The notes below the pieces were generated by a model. It saw nothing but the letters and a program-made list of their open reading frames with translations. It was not told the origin of the DNA and did not search any database. This document shows, piece after piece, positions 36,714 to 47,033 of a DNA stretch of 64,000 bases (within the stretch, counting starts at the first letter, position 1; each line of letters begins with the position of its first letter). The translations under genes and the position numbers were made by a program. The DNA is from an uncultured delta proteobacterium (GTDB taxonomy: Bacteria > Myxococcota_A > UBA9160 > SZUA-336). The stretch covers positions 32,001 through 96,000 of the forward strand of contig CAVPHD010000003.1 in assembly GCA_963704165.1 (NCBI GenBank), written 5' to 3'.

Positions 36714-38851
36714 CCGCGGACCCGCTCGACCGTCAGCACGCCGCGGATCTTCGAGATCTGGCGCAGGACTCCCTCGAGGTGCTTGCGGTCCTTGACGGAA
36801 AGCTCGAAGAGCTGGATCGCGCGACGATCGTCGCTGGTGCTGATCTGCGCGCTGCCGATGTTCACGCCTTCCGCGGAGATCTTGTTCGAGACCGCGGCGA
36901 GCAGTCCCGGGCGATCTTCCGAGACGACTCGGACCTTCACCAGCCGGAACTCTCCCGGCGCGCTCTCCCAGCTGACGGGGACGCGGCGCTCGGGGTCGAG
37001 ATGAAAGATCTTCGAGCAGTCGGCCGCGTGGACCGTGACGCCACGGCCGCGGGTGATGAAGCCCTCGACCGAATCCCCGGGAACCGGCGCACAGCACTTC
37101 GCAAATCGCACCAGGACGTTCTCCATCCCGGAGACGCGCACGTTTCCGGTGCCGCGTCCGACGGACAGCACCCGGCGCAGGAGCGATGGTTTCGGCTCCG
37201 GCTCGTCTTCGGAGAGACCCGAGATCTGGCGCGCGACCACACGCGCATCCAGCTTCCCGTAGGCGATCGCCTGCAGGAGTCCGTCGAGGTCACGCACACC
37301 GAGCGCTCGCGCCGTGGACTTGATCTCTCCGGCCTTGACGAGTTTCTCGAACGAGAGGCTGCGCTTGTGCAGCTCTCGCTGCAGTAGGTCCCGGCCGAGA
37401 TCTCGAGCGCGCTCGACCTGTTCGGCCTTGAGCACGTGCCGGATGCGGCTTCGCGCACGCCCGGTGACGACGAAGTCGAGCCACTCCTGCCGCGGCCGCT
37501 GGTGAGGCGACGTGATGATCTCGATCGTGTCGCCGTTCGAGAGCTTGTGACGAAGCGCGACGAGCTGCCCGTTCACCTTCGCGCCCTGGCAGCGATTGCC
37601 GACCTCGGAGTGGACGGCGTACGCGAAATCGATCGGCGTGGCGCCGGCCGGCAGGGCCTGCACGTCTCCCTGCGGCGTGAAGACATAGACCTCGTCGCTG
37701 AACAGGTCGATGCGGACCGTCTCGAGGAACTCGTTGGGGTCCTTGAGCTGCTGCTGCCACTCCAGCAGTTGGCGCAGCCAGGCGAACTGCTGCTCGTCGC
37801 CCGCGCTCGTCGAGCCGGCGCCCTTGTACTTCCAGTGCGCCGCGATCCCGAGCTCCGCCACGCGGTGCATCTCCTGGGTCCGGATCTGCACTTCCATCCG
37901 CTCACCGAACGGGCCGATCACCGTCGTGTGTATGGACTGGTAGCCATTGGGCTTGGGCATCGCGATGTAGTCTTTGAAGCGCCCCTGAACCGGCTTCCAG
38001 AGTCCGTGGACCAGTCCGAGGCCCTCGTAGCAGGTGGACGGCGTCCCATCGACGATCACCCGAAACGCGATCAGATCGTAGATCTGGTCGATCGGCAGAT
38101 CCTGCTGCTTCATCTTCTTGAAGAGGCTGTAGACCTCCTTCAGCCGGCCCGTGACCTCGCAGCGCAATCCGCGCTTGGCGAGCTCCACGTGGAGTCGGCC
38201 CTTCACGTCCTCGATGTAGCGGTCGCGCTCCGCCTTGGTGCCGGCGATCTTCTCCTCGATCTGCGCGCAGAGCTCCGGATTCAGGACGCGGAACGCCCGG
38301 TCCTCGAGCTCCTCCTTCATCCAGTAGATCCCGAGCCGATGCGCGAGCGGCGCGTAGATCTCGAGCGTCTCCTGCGCGATGCGCCGGCGCGAGTCCTCTT
38401 CCATGAACTCGAGCGTGCGGATGTTGTGCAGACGGTCGGCGAGCTTGATCAGGATGATGCGGATGTCTTTCGACATCGCGAGCAGCATCTTCCGGAAGTT
38501 CTCGGCCTGCGCCTCCTCACGGCTCTGAAACTCGATCTTCGAGAGCTTCGTCAGCCCGGCGACGAGGTCGCTGATCTCCGGACCGAATTGCGCGCGAAGG
38601 TCCTCGTCCGTCGCGAGCGTGTCCTCGACGGTGTCGTGCAGGAGCCCCGCCGCGACGGTCACGTGGTCCAGGCGCATCTCTGCGAGCAACTCGGCGACCG
38701 CGAGCGGGTGCGTCAGGTACGGTTCACCGGACAGGCGCATCTGGCCTTGGTGCACCTTCGCGGAGTAGACGTACGCCTTCTCGAGCAGCGAGACGTCGAC
38801 GCCGGGAAAGTGCCCCTGCACCTGCTCGACGATCTCGTTGATGCGAGGCAC
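36710..38851 (-). CDS. rel: Bifunctional (p)ppGpp synthetase/hydrolase
   Basis: RLSGEPY..HP, LLHDTVED (HD intact), KLADRLHN, YQSIHT, EVQIRT, TGS domain, CC motif, ACT domain. Confidence 0.96.
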   Translation of the reverse strand: MPRINEIVEQVQGHFPGVDVSLLEKAYVYSAKVHQGQMRLSGEPYLTHPLAVAELLAEMRLDHVTVAAGLLHDTVEDTLATDEDLRAQFGPEISDLVAGLTKLSKIEFQSREEAQAENFRKMLLAMSKDIRIILIKLADRLHNIRTLEFMEEDSRRRIAQETLEIYAPLAHRLGIYWMKEELEDRAFRVLNPELCAQIEEKIAGTKAERDRYIEDVKGRLHVELAKRGLRCEVTGRLKEVYSLFKKMKQQDLPIDQIYDLIAFRVIVDGTPSTCYEGLGLVHGLWKPVQGRFKDYIAMPKPNGYQSIHTTVIGPFGERMEVQIRTQEMHRVAELGIAAHWKYKGAGSTSAGDEQQFAWLRQLLEWQQQLKDPNEFLETVRIDLFSDEVYVFTPQGDVQALPAGATPIDFAYAVHSEVGNRCQGAKVNGQLVALRHKLSNGDTIEIITSPHQRPRQEWLDFVVTGRARSRIRHVLKAEQVERARDLGRDLLQRELHKRSLSFEKLVKAGEIKSTARALGVRDLDGLLQAIAYGKLDARVVARQISGLSEDEPEPKPSLLRRVLSVGRGTGNVRVSGMENVLVRFAKCCAPVPGDSVEGFITRGRGVTVHAADCSKIFHLDPERRVPVSWESAPGEFRLVKVRVVSEDRPGLLAAVSNKISAEGVNIGSAQISTSDDRRAIQLFELSVKDRKHLEGVLRQISKIRGVLTVERVRG

Positions 38852-39430
38852 CTAGGTGCGCTCTTGCCGCGCGTCGCGGATCACCCGTAGCAATTCGTCG
38901 GTGGCCTTGTCGATCGACTCGTTCACGATCCGGTGCTGACACTCCTGCGCGTAGCCGACCTCCTCGCGCGCGATCGCCAGGCGCTTGCCCGTGACGGCGG
39001 CGTCCTCGGTGTTGCGCGCGCGCAGCCGGGCCTCGAGCACCTCCAGCGTCGGGGGCAGGATGAAGACGCGCACCGCGTCGGGGAGCCGCGCCTGGAGTTG
39101 CCGCGCACCCTGGACCTCGACCTCGAGAATCAGATCGAAGCCGTCCCGGGTCGGCGCATCGACCGCGGCCCGGCTCGTCCCGTAGAGATTCCCCTGGTAC
39201 TCGGCGTGCTCGAGGAACGCGTCCTTCGCGACGAGCGCGCGAAATCCGGTTTCGTCGACGAAATGGTAGTCGAGGCCGTCCCGCTCGCCCGGACGCGGCG
39301 CGCGCGTCGTGTGCGAGATCGAGAAGCGCACCCGCGGATCGGCATCGAGCACTCGGCGGACGATCGTGCTCTTGCCGACACCCGACGGACCGGACACGAC
39401 GAACACGTTGCCGCGTCCGCTGCGACTCAC
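38852..39430 (-). CDS. gmk: Guanylate kinase
   Basis: [30 protein letters not shown]. Confidence 0.96.
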   Translation of the reverse strand: MSRSGRGNVFVVSGPSGVGKSTIVRRVLDADPRVRFSISHTTRAPRPGERDGLDYHFVDETGFRALVAKDAFLEHAEYQGNLYGTSRAAVDAPTRDGFDLILEVEVQGARQLQARLPDAVRVFILPPTLEVLEARLRARNTEDAAVTGKRLAIAREEVGYAQECQHRIVNESIDKATDELLRVIRDARQERT

Positions 39431-39684
39431 GGCTCGAGGCCTTCGTCGTCGCGGTCGGCCAATCGCAGCGCGAGCGTCTCGGGTTGAACCGCCGAGAGCA
39501 CGACGTGATCCGAGTCCGTCACGATCACGGAGCGCGTCTTCCGGCCCTGGGTGGCGTCGACGAGCTTGCCCCGCTGACCGGCCTCTTCGCGCAGGCGCCG
39601 GATCGGCGCGGCGGCCGGGCCGACGACCGCCACGACGCGCGCGGCGACCACGACGTTCCCATAGCCGACGTTCAAGAGCTTCAC
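39427..39684 (-). CDS. remA: RemA/DUF370 family protein
   Basis: [10 protein letters not shown]...APIRRL...[30 protein letters not shown]. Confidence 0.9.
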   Translation of the reverse strand: MKLLNVGYGNVVVAARVVAVVGPAAAPIRRLREEAGQRGKLVDATQGRKTRSVIVTDSDHVVLSAVQPETLALRLADRDDEGLEP

Positions 39685-40575
39685 TCGACGTTCAACACCT
39701 GTTCGCGAAGTCTTCTCCTGCTCCGTCTTCAGCTCGACGACGGCTCGGGTCAGCTCCGTGTCGGCGGACTTGCTGCCGATCGTGTTGGTTTCTCGTCCGA
39801 TTTCCTGCAGGACGAATTCGAGCTTTCGCCCGACCGCGCCGGACGCCTCGAGTGTCTCCGCGAACTGAACGAGATGACTGCGCAGGCGCACGGTCTCTTC
39901 GGTGACGTCCTGGCGGTCGACGTAGAGCACGACCTCTTGCTCGAGCCTCGAAGGGTCCGTCTCGAGCTCGGGAGCGAGGGCGGCGAGTCGCTTCTCGAGT
40001 CTCCCGCGAATTCCGGCGAGCACCGCCACGGCGCGGGACTCGATCTGACCGACGAGAATCTCGATCCGCGCGAGTCTCCCGCGCAGCTCGCGCACCAGCG
40101 CCTCGCCCTCGCGCCCGCGCATCTCCGCGGCCGCCGCGCACGCGTTCGAGATCGTCTCGAGGAGCCCCGGCTCGAGCGCTTCGATCTCGAGCTCCGGATC
40201 GCGGACACGCGAAACACCGGGAAGGGACAGAAGCCTCGCGGCCGTCAGATCCGACGGCAGGCTGAGATCGTGCGCGAGCTCCTGCGCCGCGCTCGCGTAC
40301 CTTCGTGCCGCGTCGAGATCGAGCTCGAGGCGCGGTGAGAGCTCGCCGTCCTTCGGGAGCCGCACCGCGATCTCGACCTGGCCACGCTCGAAGAAGCGCG
40401 TCGCCGTCGCGCGCGCCGTGCGCTCGAGCGCGGCGAGCTCGCGGGGAAGGCGCACCCGCACTTCGAGGTGACGCGAGTTGACGGTGCGCACCTCGGCCGA
40501 GAGCCCGTGCGCGCCGTCGGCCCGGCCAAACCCCGTCATCGAGCTTCGACCCGTCCGCTGAACCTTTCCGCTCAA
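39681..40575 (-). CDS. yicC: YicC/YloC endoribonuclease (frameshift near 39710)
   Basis: [40 protein letters not shown]; shifted frame gives LREQVLNVE*. Confidence 0.93.
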
Positions 40576-41688
40576 CGCGACAACCCGCGGCGCGAGAGCT
40601 CCGCCTGCGCGCTCTCGACCTTGTCTTCGGGGCGCTGGCTGCGCACGAACGCGATCACCTCGTCGATTCCGTCCTCGAGCCGGACGCGTGCCTCGAAGCC
40701 GAGCGCGCTGCGGGCGTGCGACGGGTCGGCGAAGCAGTGGCGGATGTCACCGGCGCGGAAGCGCTCGGTGATCTCGGGGCGGATCCCGAGCTCGAGCCGT
40801 TCCGCGAGCAGCTCCGCCACGCGGCGGATCGTCGTCGGCCGCCCCGTCCCCACGTTGCACACGCGGCCTCCGCTGGCTTCGCAGCGAAGCGCGAGAAGAT
40901 TCGCTCGCACGATGTCGGAGACGTGCACGAAGTCGCGCGACTGAAGCCCGTCCTCGGTGACGAGCGGCGGCTTCCGATTCAGGAGTCGCGAGCTGAAGAT
41001 CGCCGCGACGCCCGTGTACGGGTTCGAGAGTGCCTGCCGCGATCCGTAGACGTTGAAGTAGCGCAGCGCCACCGTGGGAATCCGATACGCATTTCCGACC
41101 GCGAGAAAGAGCTCCTCGTGATCGCGCTTGGTGACGGCGTAGACCGACGTCGGAATCAGAGGCTTGGTTTCGGGCGTTCCGATCGCTCGCAGCTCGCGGC
41201 CACGCTCGTCCCTCACTTCCCACTCGCGCTTCTCGAGCTGGGCGTCGGGGCGCAGTCCCGGAGCCGCCGGCTTGCCGTCGACATCGACGTACGCACCCTC
41301 GCCGTAGATCGACATCGACGACGCCACCACCAGGCGGGCGACCTGCCCCTTGCGCGCGATGATCTCCTGCAGGACGACCGCGGCACCGAGCGAGTTCGCG
41401 GACACGTACGATTCGATCTCGTACATCGACTGTCCGACACCGACGGCGGCGGCCTGGTGATAGACCACCTCGATCCCGTCGAGCGCGGCGCGCACCGTCT
41501 CGCGCTCGCGGACGTCGCCACGACGGTACTCGGCGACGACGGTTCGCGTGCGCGGGCCAGTCGGCGTCCTTGCCGTGCACCTGCGGATCGAGCGAGTCGA
41601 GCACGCGCACGCGGTGACCGTCGGCCACGAGTGCGTCGACGAGATGCGAACCGATGAATCCGGCTCCGCCGGTGACGAGGATGTTCAC
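40572..41688 (-). CDS. NAD-dependent nucleotide-sugar epimerase/dehydratase (frameshift near 41530)
   Basis: [40 protein letters not shown]. Confidence 0.9.
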
Positions 41689-41717
41689 GCCTTTGCCCCC
41701 TTGAATTGCGCGTCGGC

Positions 41718-42633
41718 TCAGGTTCCGGACAGTCCCGCGCTCGAGCTCTCGCCGGCGAGGTGCCAAGCGAGGATCTTGCGGTACTCGCCGCCACGCCGCC
41801 CGCCGAAGACGACGCCGAGCAGGATCTTCAGCATCACGATCCCGCGAAGCCGGAGGTACGCGGAGCGCGAGCGGTTCTTGCGGAAGAACAGGTATCGGCT
41901 GCGGTAGTACTCGATCCGGGTCCGGAGCGGCGTCTTCTTCTTGGTCGATTCGCCGTAGAGATGGATGACGTGCGCATCGGGCAGATGCACGATCCCGTAA
42001 CCCGCGGCGCGGATGCGGTGGCACCAGTCGGTTTCCTCGAGGAAGAAGAAGTAGCCCTCGTCGATCATGCCGACCTTCTCGATCACCTCGCGCCGCACGA
42101 ACAGGCAGGCGCCGAGGACGGCCTCGACCTCGTACCGGCTCCTCGTAGTGGACGAGCTTGCTCGGATAGCGGCGCGGGAGGAGCCGGCGGAGCAGCGACT
42201 GGCCGAGGAGCTCCGAGACCAGATTCGGCGAGTTGTGGATGCAGTTCTGCTTGGTGCGATCCGGGTTCAAGAGCTGCGGACCCACGACACCGACTTCGGG
42301 ATTCTCGTCGAGGTAGCGAACACAGGCCTCGAGTCCGCCGGGCAGGACGATCGTATCGCTGTTGAGCAGGACGGCGTGCCGCCCGCGCATGACTTCGAGC
42401 CCGCGGTTGTTGCCGGCGCCGAATCCGATGTTCTTCGGCAGCGCGAGGATTCGCGTCTCGGGAAACTGGCGCGCGGCCGCTTCGACGGTGAAATCGCTCG
42501 ATCCGTTGTCGACCAGGATGACCTCGTACGAGATTCCGAGCTTCGAAGCGGCAATCGAAGCCAGGCAATCGAGCACGAGATCGCGCACGTTCCAGGCGAC
42601 GATCACGATCGACAGGTCGACGTTCACGTTCAT
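41718..42633 (-). CDS. GT2 glycosyltransferase (WbbL-like; frameshift near 42135)
   Basis: LSIVIVAWN, VDNGSSD, NIGFGAGNN, LLNSD, DEGYFFFLEETDWC. Confidence 0.85.
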
Positions 42634-43712
42634 GATCCCAACTCCAGATCGACGCTGCCGCGCCAGTCGCTCTGCGTCAGTGCCGCACGCGCCTCCGCGA
42701 GCACGCGCCCGGGCAGGAGCCGCGTCATGCAGCGGTGATCGATCGGACAGACCTTCAGCTGACACGGTGAGCACTCGACCGGCTCGCGAAGCAGCTTCGT
42801 GCGTTTCAGGTTCAGGTTGGTGTAGCCGATCGCCGTCGGGCCCATCAGGACGAGCGTGGGAACCTCGAAGGCGGCGGCGACGTGGCGGGCGCCGGCGTCG
42901 TTGCAAATCAGAAGCTGCGCACGAGAGAGCACGGACTTGAGCAACGACAGCGTCATGCGCTCGCCGCCGAGCGAGACGATTCCGGTTCCCGCACTCGCGA
43001 CGATCGACTCGGCGAGCGCCTCCTCACCCGGTCCGTGCACGAGCGCGACCTGCGCACCGTCCGCGCGAAGCTCGCGCGCCACCTCCGCCACGTATTCGAG
43101 CGGCCAGAGCTTCGACGGACCGAAGCCAGCGCCCGGCGCGAGACATACGAGCGGCGCGCCTTTCGAGATGCCCGCGGCGAGGAACCGCGACTCGCATTCC
43201 GCTTCGGCCTCCGGCTCGACGAAGAGTTCGACATGGGTGCCGGTGTCCGGGCAGCCGATCCATCGCACCAGGTCCAGGTAGTACCGCTCCATCGCGGTCG
43301 GCACGAAGCGCCCGGCCTCGCGTGGAGCGGCGACGGCATCGGTCAGAAGCAGGCCGCGGCCGCCGCGCGCGTAGCCGAGCCTTCGCTTTGCGCGCGAAGC
43401 GAACGCCAGGAGCGCGCTCGCGAAGGAGTTCGGCAGGACGACCACCAGATCACTGCCGCGAAGCCTGCGAGCGAGCGCGAGGCGTGCGCGCAGCTTTCCG
43501 AGCACGCCGCGTGAAGCGTGGATGTCGTGCGGGACGAACTCGTCGATCCAGGTCGAGCCGCGCAGCACCGGGGCGAGCGAATGCCGTACGACCGCGCAGA
43601 TTCGCGCCTCGGGGCGGCCTCGGCGAAGCGCCCGGAGTGCCGGGGTCGCCATCACGACGTCGCCCAGATGGTTAGGCAGGACGACCGATATTTTCTCTTT
43701 TTCTCCGGCCAC
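42630..43712 (-). CDS. waaF: LPS heptosyltransferase II (GT9)
   Basis: PNHLGDVVM, LPNSF, PGAGFGPSKLWP, NDAGARHVA, CSPC...CPIDHRCM. Confidence 0.88.
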   Translation of the reverse strand: MAGEKEKISVVLPNHLGDVVMATPALRALRRGRPEARICAVVRHSLAPVLRGSTWIDEFVPHDIHASRGVLGKLRARLALARRLRGSDLVVVLPNSFASALLAFASRAKRRLGYARGGRGLLLTDAVAAPREAGRFVPTAMERYYLDLVRWIGCPDTGTHVELFVEPEAEAECESRFLAAGISKGAPLVCLAPGAGFGPSKLWPLEYVAEVARELRADGAQVALVHGPGEEALAESIVASAGTGIVSLGGERMTLSLLKSVLSRAQLLICNDAGARHVAAAFEVPTLVLMGPTAIGYTNLNLKRTKLLREPVECSPCQLKVCPIDHRCMTRLLPGRVLAEARAALTQSDWRGSVDLELGS

Positions 43713-43752
43713 TTAGTCCGACTCGGAGGCTCCCGGGAGGTGCGCGTTCCTC

Positions 43753-44865
43753 CTAGATACCCCGAGGCGGGTCCGCGGGCAACGCAGCCAGCAGGGAGAG
43801 CGCCGCGGCGGCCACCTCCTCGGGCTCGACGGCCCGCATGCAGGCGCGCACCGGGCAGCCCTCGCGGCACGGATTGCAGCCGACGTCGCGCCGCACGACC
43901 CGGCTCGGCACCCCCGGATAGGGCCCGTTCTCGATCGGGTCGGTCGGCCCGAAGATCGCGACGACCGGAGTCCTCGCGAGCGAGGCGAGGTGCATCGGAC
44001 CCGAGTCGCAGCCCACGAACACGCAGGCGCGGGCGAGCAGGCAGAGGAACTCGGCGAGCGACTCGGTCGCCGGCGCGAGACGTGCCGCGCCCCCCGCCGC
44101 CGCGACGACCGCGTGCGCGGCCGCCTGCTCGCCGGGCACCGGTCCGAAGGCCACCAGACTCGGGATCCCCGCGCTCGCGTACAGCGTGTGCGCCACCTCC
44201 GCGAAGTGCGCGGTCTCCCAGCGCTTGTAGCTCGTCTTCGGACTCGTGCCGGGATGGATCAGCGCGAACCGCTCGGGAAGCGCTGGAAGCCCCTGGGGCG
44301 CGTCGCCCAGAGCCAGAACGCCCGGTTCATCGGGTACCTCGCCACCGAGAAATCGCACGAGCGCGGCGTTCCGCTCGAAGCGCGAGATGTGCGAGCCGTC
44401 GATGCGCAGCCGGTGGGTGAGCAGCCGTGCGCTGCCCTCCTTCGCGAACGGTCGGCCGTAGCCGACACGGGCCGGAATCCCCGCGGACCAAGTCAGGAAG
44501 GCCCCGCGGAAGACACCGTGAAAATCGATCGACAGATCGTAGGACCGCTCGCGCAGCTCACGAACGAAGGAGCGCAGGGTGCGCAACGCGACGCGCGGAT
44601 GTCGAACTCGGAGGCGCCTTCGCGGCACGATCACGGTCTCGTCGAGTCCCTCGAGCCCGACCAGACCCGCGGCGGCGCGATCCTCGATCAACCAATCGAT
44701 CTTCGCGTTCGGGTAGAGGCGCCGGACGCCCGCGAACGCGAAGCGAGTCCGCACCACATCGCCGAGCGCACCGAGTCGGACGACGAGCACGCGCTCGGCA
44801 CGCAAAGGCGCTGGCAGGCGCTCCACTCGCACCGCGTTTGCGGCCCCCTCGATTCCCCCTAGCAT
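43753..44865 (-). CDS. GT9 heptosyltransferase (WaaC-like; start uncertain)
   Basis: RLGALGDVV, KRW, DSGPMHLA, IFGPT. Confidence 0.82.
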   Translation of the reverse strand: MLGGIEGAANAVRVERLPAPLRAERVLVVRLGALGDVVRTRFAFAGVRRLYPNAKIDWLIEDRAAAGLVGLEGLDETVIVPRRRLRVRHPRVALRTLRSFVRELRERSYDLSIDFHGVFRGAFLTWSAGIPARVGYGRPFAKEGSARLLTHRLRIDGSHISRFERNAALVRFLGGEVPDEPGVLALGDAPQGLPALPERFALIHPGTSPKTSYKRWETAHFAEVAHTLYASAGIPSLVAFGPVPGEQAAAHAVVAAAGGAARLAPATESLAEFLCLLARACVFVGCDSGPMHLASLARTPVVAIFGPTDPIENGPYPGVPSRVVRRDVGCNPCREGCPVRACMRAVEPEEVAAAALSLLAALPADPPRGI

Positions 44866-44873
44866 CAGGCTCG

Positions 44874-45989
44874 ATGGTCGCCCCTCGCCTGCTCTGGCGC
44901 TACATCCTGGTCGACGTCCTGCTGCACACCTTGCTGGGATTGTTCGCGATCACGCTTTTGCTCGTCGTGCAGAACATGCTGCGCTTTCTCGAGGACCTGA
45001 TCGCCGCGGGCGTGGGCGTCGGTGCGCTCGGGCAGCTGATCGCACTGGTTCTGCCCGCCTACGTCGCCTATGCGATCCCGACCGCGCTGCTCTTCGGAAT
45101 CCTGATCTCGTTCGGCCGCATGTCCGCCGACGGCGAGGTCATTGCGATGCGGGCCTGCGGCGTGAGCGTGCCGCGGCTGCTTCCCCCGGCGATCGCGCTC
45201 GGCGCGCTGGCGGCGCTGATCTCCGGCTTCATCCTATTCGACGTGCAACCGCGCGCCCGTCACTCGATGCGCGCGATGGTGCGCCAGCTCGCCGGCTCCC
45301 TGGACGTCGTCGAGGCGGGTCGCTTCGTCGTCTTCGGCGACCGCCTGCTCTACGTGCACGCGCTCGGCGACTCGAGCTGTCCGTACCAAGGCATCCTGAT
45401 CGGCGACTCCGGCACCGACGAACGCAGCTTCTACACCGTCGCACGCTGCGGCTCGCTCACGGGCGACGCGAACGGTCGAGAGCTCGCGCTCCAGCTCCGC
45501 AACGGTTCGATCCACATGCGCGATCCCGATCCGACGCGCTACCGGCGGATCCAGTTCGAGACCATGCGCCTGTCGATCGACATCTCGCGGTACAGCGATC
45601 CGCCCGCGGGTGCGCGCGACCTCCGCTTCGACGAGCTTCTCGCTGCGAAGAAGCTTCCACCGGGCGACCCCGAGCGCGCGCGCCTGGAGGGCCGCCACGG
45701 GACGTGGGTCGACGTGCAGATCCACCGCCGCCTGGCGTTTCCACTCGCGTCGCTGGTGCTCGCGGTGATCGCCGTTCCGCTGGGAATCCGCCCGGTACGC
45801 GCGGGACGCTCGATGGGTGCGCTCACCGCGATCGCCGTGATGGCGCTGTACTGGGTGTTGTTCTCGCTCGGCGAGATGGCGGCCGAGCGCGGCGTTGGCC
45901 CCGCGTGGCTCGGGATCTGGACGCCCAACGTCGTCGTGCTCGCGCTCGGCATCTGGCTGGTGCGGCGCGTCTCGCGGAGCGACGGGTGA
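44874..45989 (+). CDS. lptF: LPS export ABC permease, LptF/LptG family
   Basis: LWRYI, GRMSADGEVIAMRACGVS, IHRRLAFP, W.PN. Confidence 0.85.
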   Translation: MVAPRLLWRYILVDVLLHTLLGLFAITLLLVVQNMLRFLEDLIAAGVGVGALGQLIALVLPAYVAYAIPTALLFGILISFGRMSADGEVIAMRACGVSVPRLLPPAIALGALAALISGFILFDVQPRARHSMRAMVRQLAGSLDVVEAGRFVVFGDRLLYVHALGDSSCPYQGILIGDSGTDERSFYTVARCGSLTGDANGRELALQLRNGSIHMRDPDPTRYRRIQFETMRLSIDISRYSDPPAGARDLRFDELLAAKKLPPGDPERARLEGRHGTWVDVQIHRRLAFPLASLVLAVIAVPLGIRPVRAGRSMGALTAIAVMALYWVLFSLGEMAAERGVGPAWLGIWTPNVVVLALGIWLVRRVSRSDG

Positions 45990-46879
45990 CGCCTCGCGCC
46001 GTCCGGGACGTGCCTCCGGGCTACGTCGTGCACCGCGTGGCGGACGCGACGCTGGTCTTCGACGGAGCACTCTCGAGCGAACTCGTCGGACTCCGACTCG
46101 CCGATCCGCGCGCGCGCAAGCGTCTGTTCTCTCGCGCGCCACGCCGCGGCCGGGGGGCCGCACCGAGCATCGAGCTGCGGCGGGACGTCAGCGTGATCCT
46201 GCGACGTTACCAGCACGGCGGATTGCTCGGCGGTCTCACCGGCATGCTGCACCTCGGCCCCTCGCGTGCGCTGAAGGAGCTGCACGTCACTGCGCGCGCG
46301 GAGGCTTCGGGTGCGCCGGTCCCGCACGTGGTCTGTCTCGCGTTGTGGCCCGCGGCCGGACCGCTCTGGTCCGCGCTGATCGGCACGCGCGAGGAACGCG
46401 GTGCCCGAGACCTGCTCGACATGCTGCTCGCGAGCGAGAACCCGCGCGAGCGTCGCCAGCTGATTCGCGACGTCGGTTCGGCGGTGCGGAAGCTGCACGA
46501 CGCAGGCGTCGATCACCGCGATCTTCAGCTCCGGAACATCCTGGTCGTCGAGGAGAACGGGCGCCGGCGAATCGTGGTGATCGACCTCGATCGCGCGATC
46601 TACCACCCCGAAGGGCGGCTCCCGAGCCGCATTCGCGCGCGCGGCCTCGGCAGGCTCGCCCGTTCGGTGGTCAAGAACGGCTTGTGGCTCGAGCGCGTCG
46701 GACGGCGCGAACTCGCCGCCTTCGCGCACGCCTACACCAACGGGGATCGCGCGCTGCGCGTCGACCTGTACCGATGGATTCGCGGAGAGCGGTGGAAGCT
46801 CGCGCTTCACCGCTTCCGCTACCGATTCATCCGCCCCGCCCCACCGATGTCAGCGGCCGCGCCTCCTCGACGAGCATGA
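45986..46879 (+). CDS. LPS/Kdo kinase family protein (KdkA/InaA-like)
   Basis: GRG, LRRYQHGGL, HDAGVDHRDLQLRNILV, IDLDRA. Confidence 0.8.
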   Translation: MTPRAVRDVPPGYVVHRVADATLVFDGALSSELVGLRLADPRARKRLFSRAPRRGRGAAPSIELRRDVSVILRRYQHGGLLGGLTGMLHLGPSRALKELHVTARAEASGAPVPHVVCLALWPAAGPLWSALIGTREERGARDLLDMLLASENPRERRQLIRDVGSAVRKLHDAGVDHRDLQLRNILVVEENGRRRIVVIDLDRAIYHPEGRLPSRIRARGLGRLARSVVKNGLWLERVGRRELAAFAHAYTNGDRALRVDLYRWIRGERWKLALHRFRYRFIRPAPPMSAAAPPRRA

Positions 46880-47033
46880 CGGGAATTCCGTCCTCGACGG
46901 GATAGGAGAGGCGGCAGGATTCACAGTCGAGCGACTGCTCCTCGCCGTCTTGCGCGCGCTGCACGGCGAGCTCGGACTCGCACTTCGGGCAGACGAGGAT
47001 CCCGAGCAGCTCCGGATCGATCCGGCCGCTCAA
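46827..47033 (-). CDS. Trm112-like/YcaR protein
   Basis: LLGILVCPKC...CESCRLSYPVEDGIPVMLVEEAR. Confidence 0.9.
   Translation of the reverse strand: MSGRIDPELLGILVCPKCESELAVQRAQDGEEQSLDCESCRLSYPVEDGIPVMLVEEARPLTSVGRGG

Noticed and set aside
39427..40575. Apparent YicC-RemA fusion (382-aa ORF)
   Set aside because: Removing one base near 39710 restores the YicC end LREQVLNVE* with a GTGA overlap onto remA.
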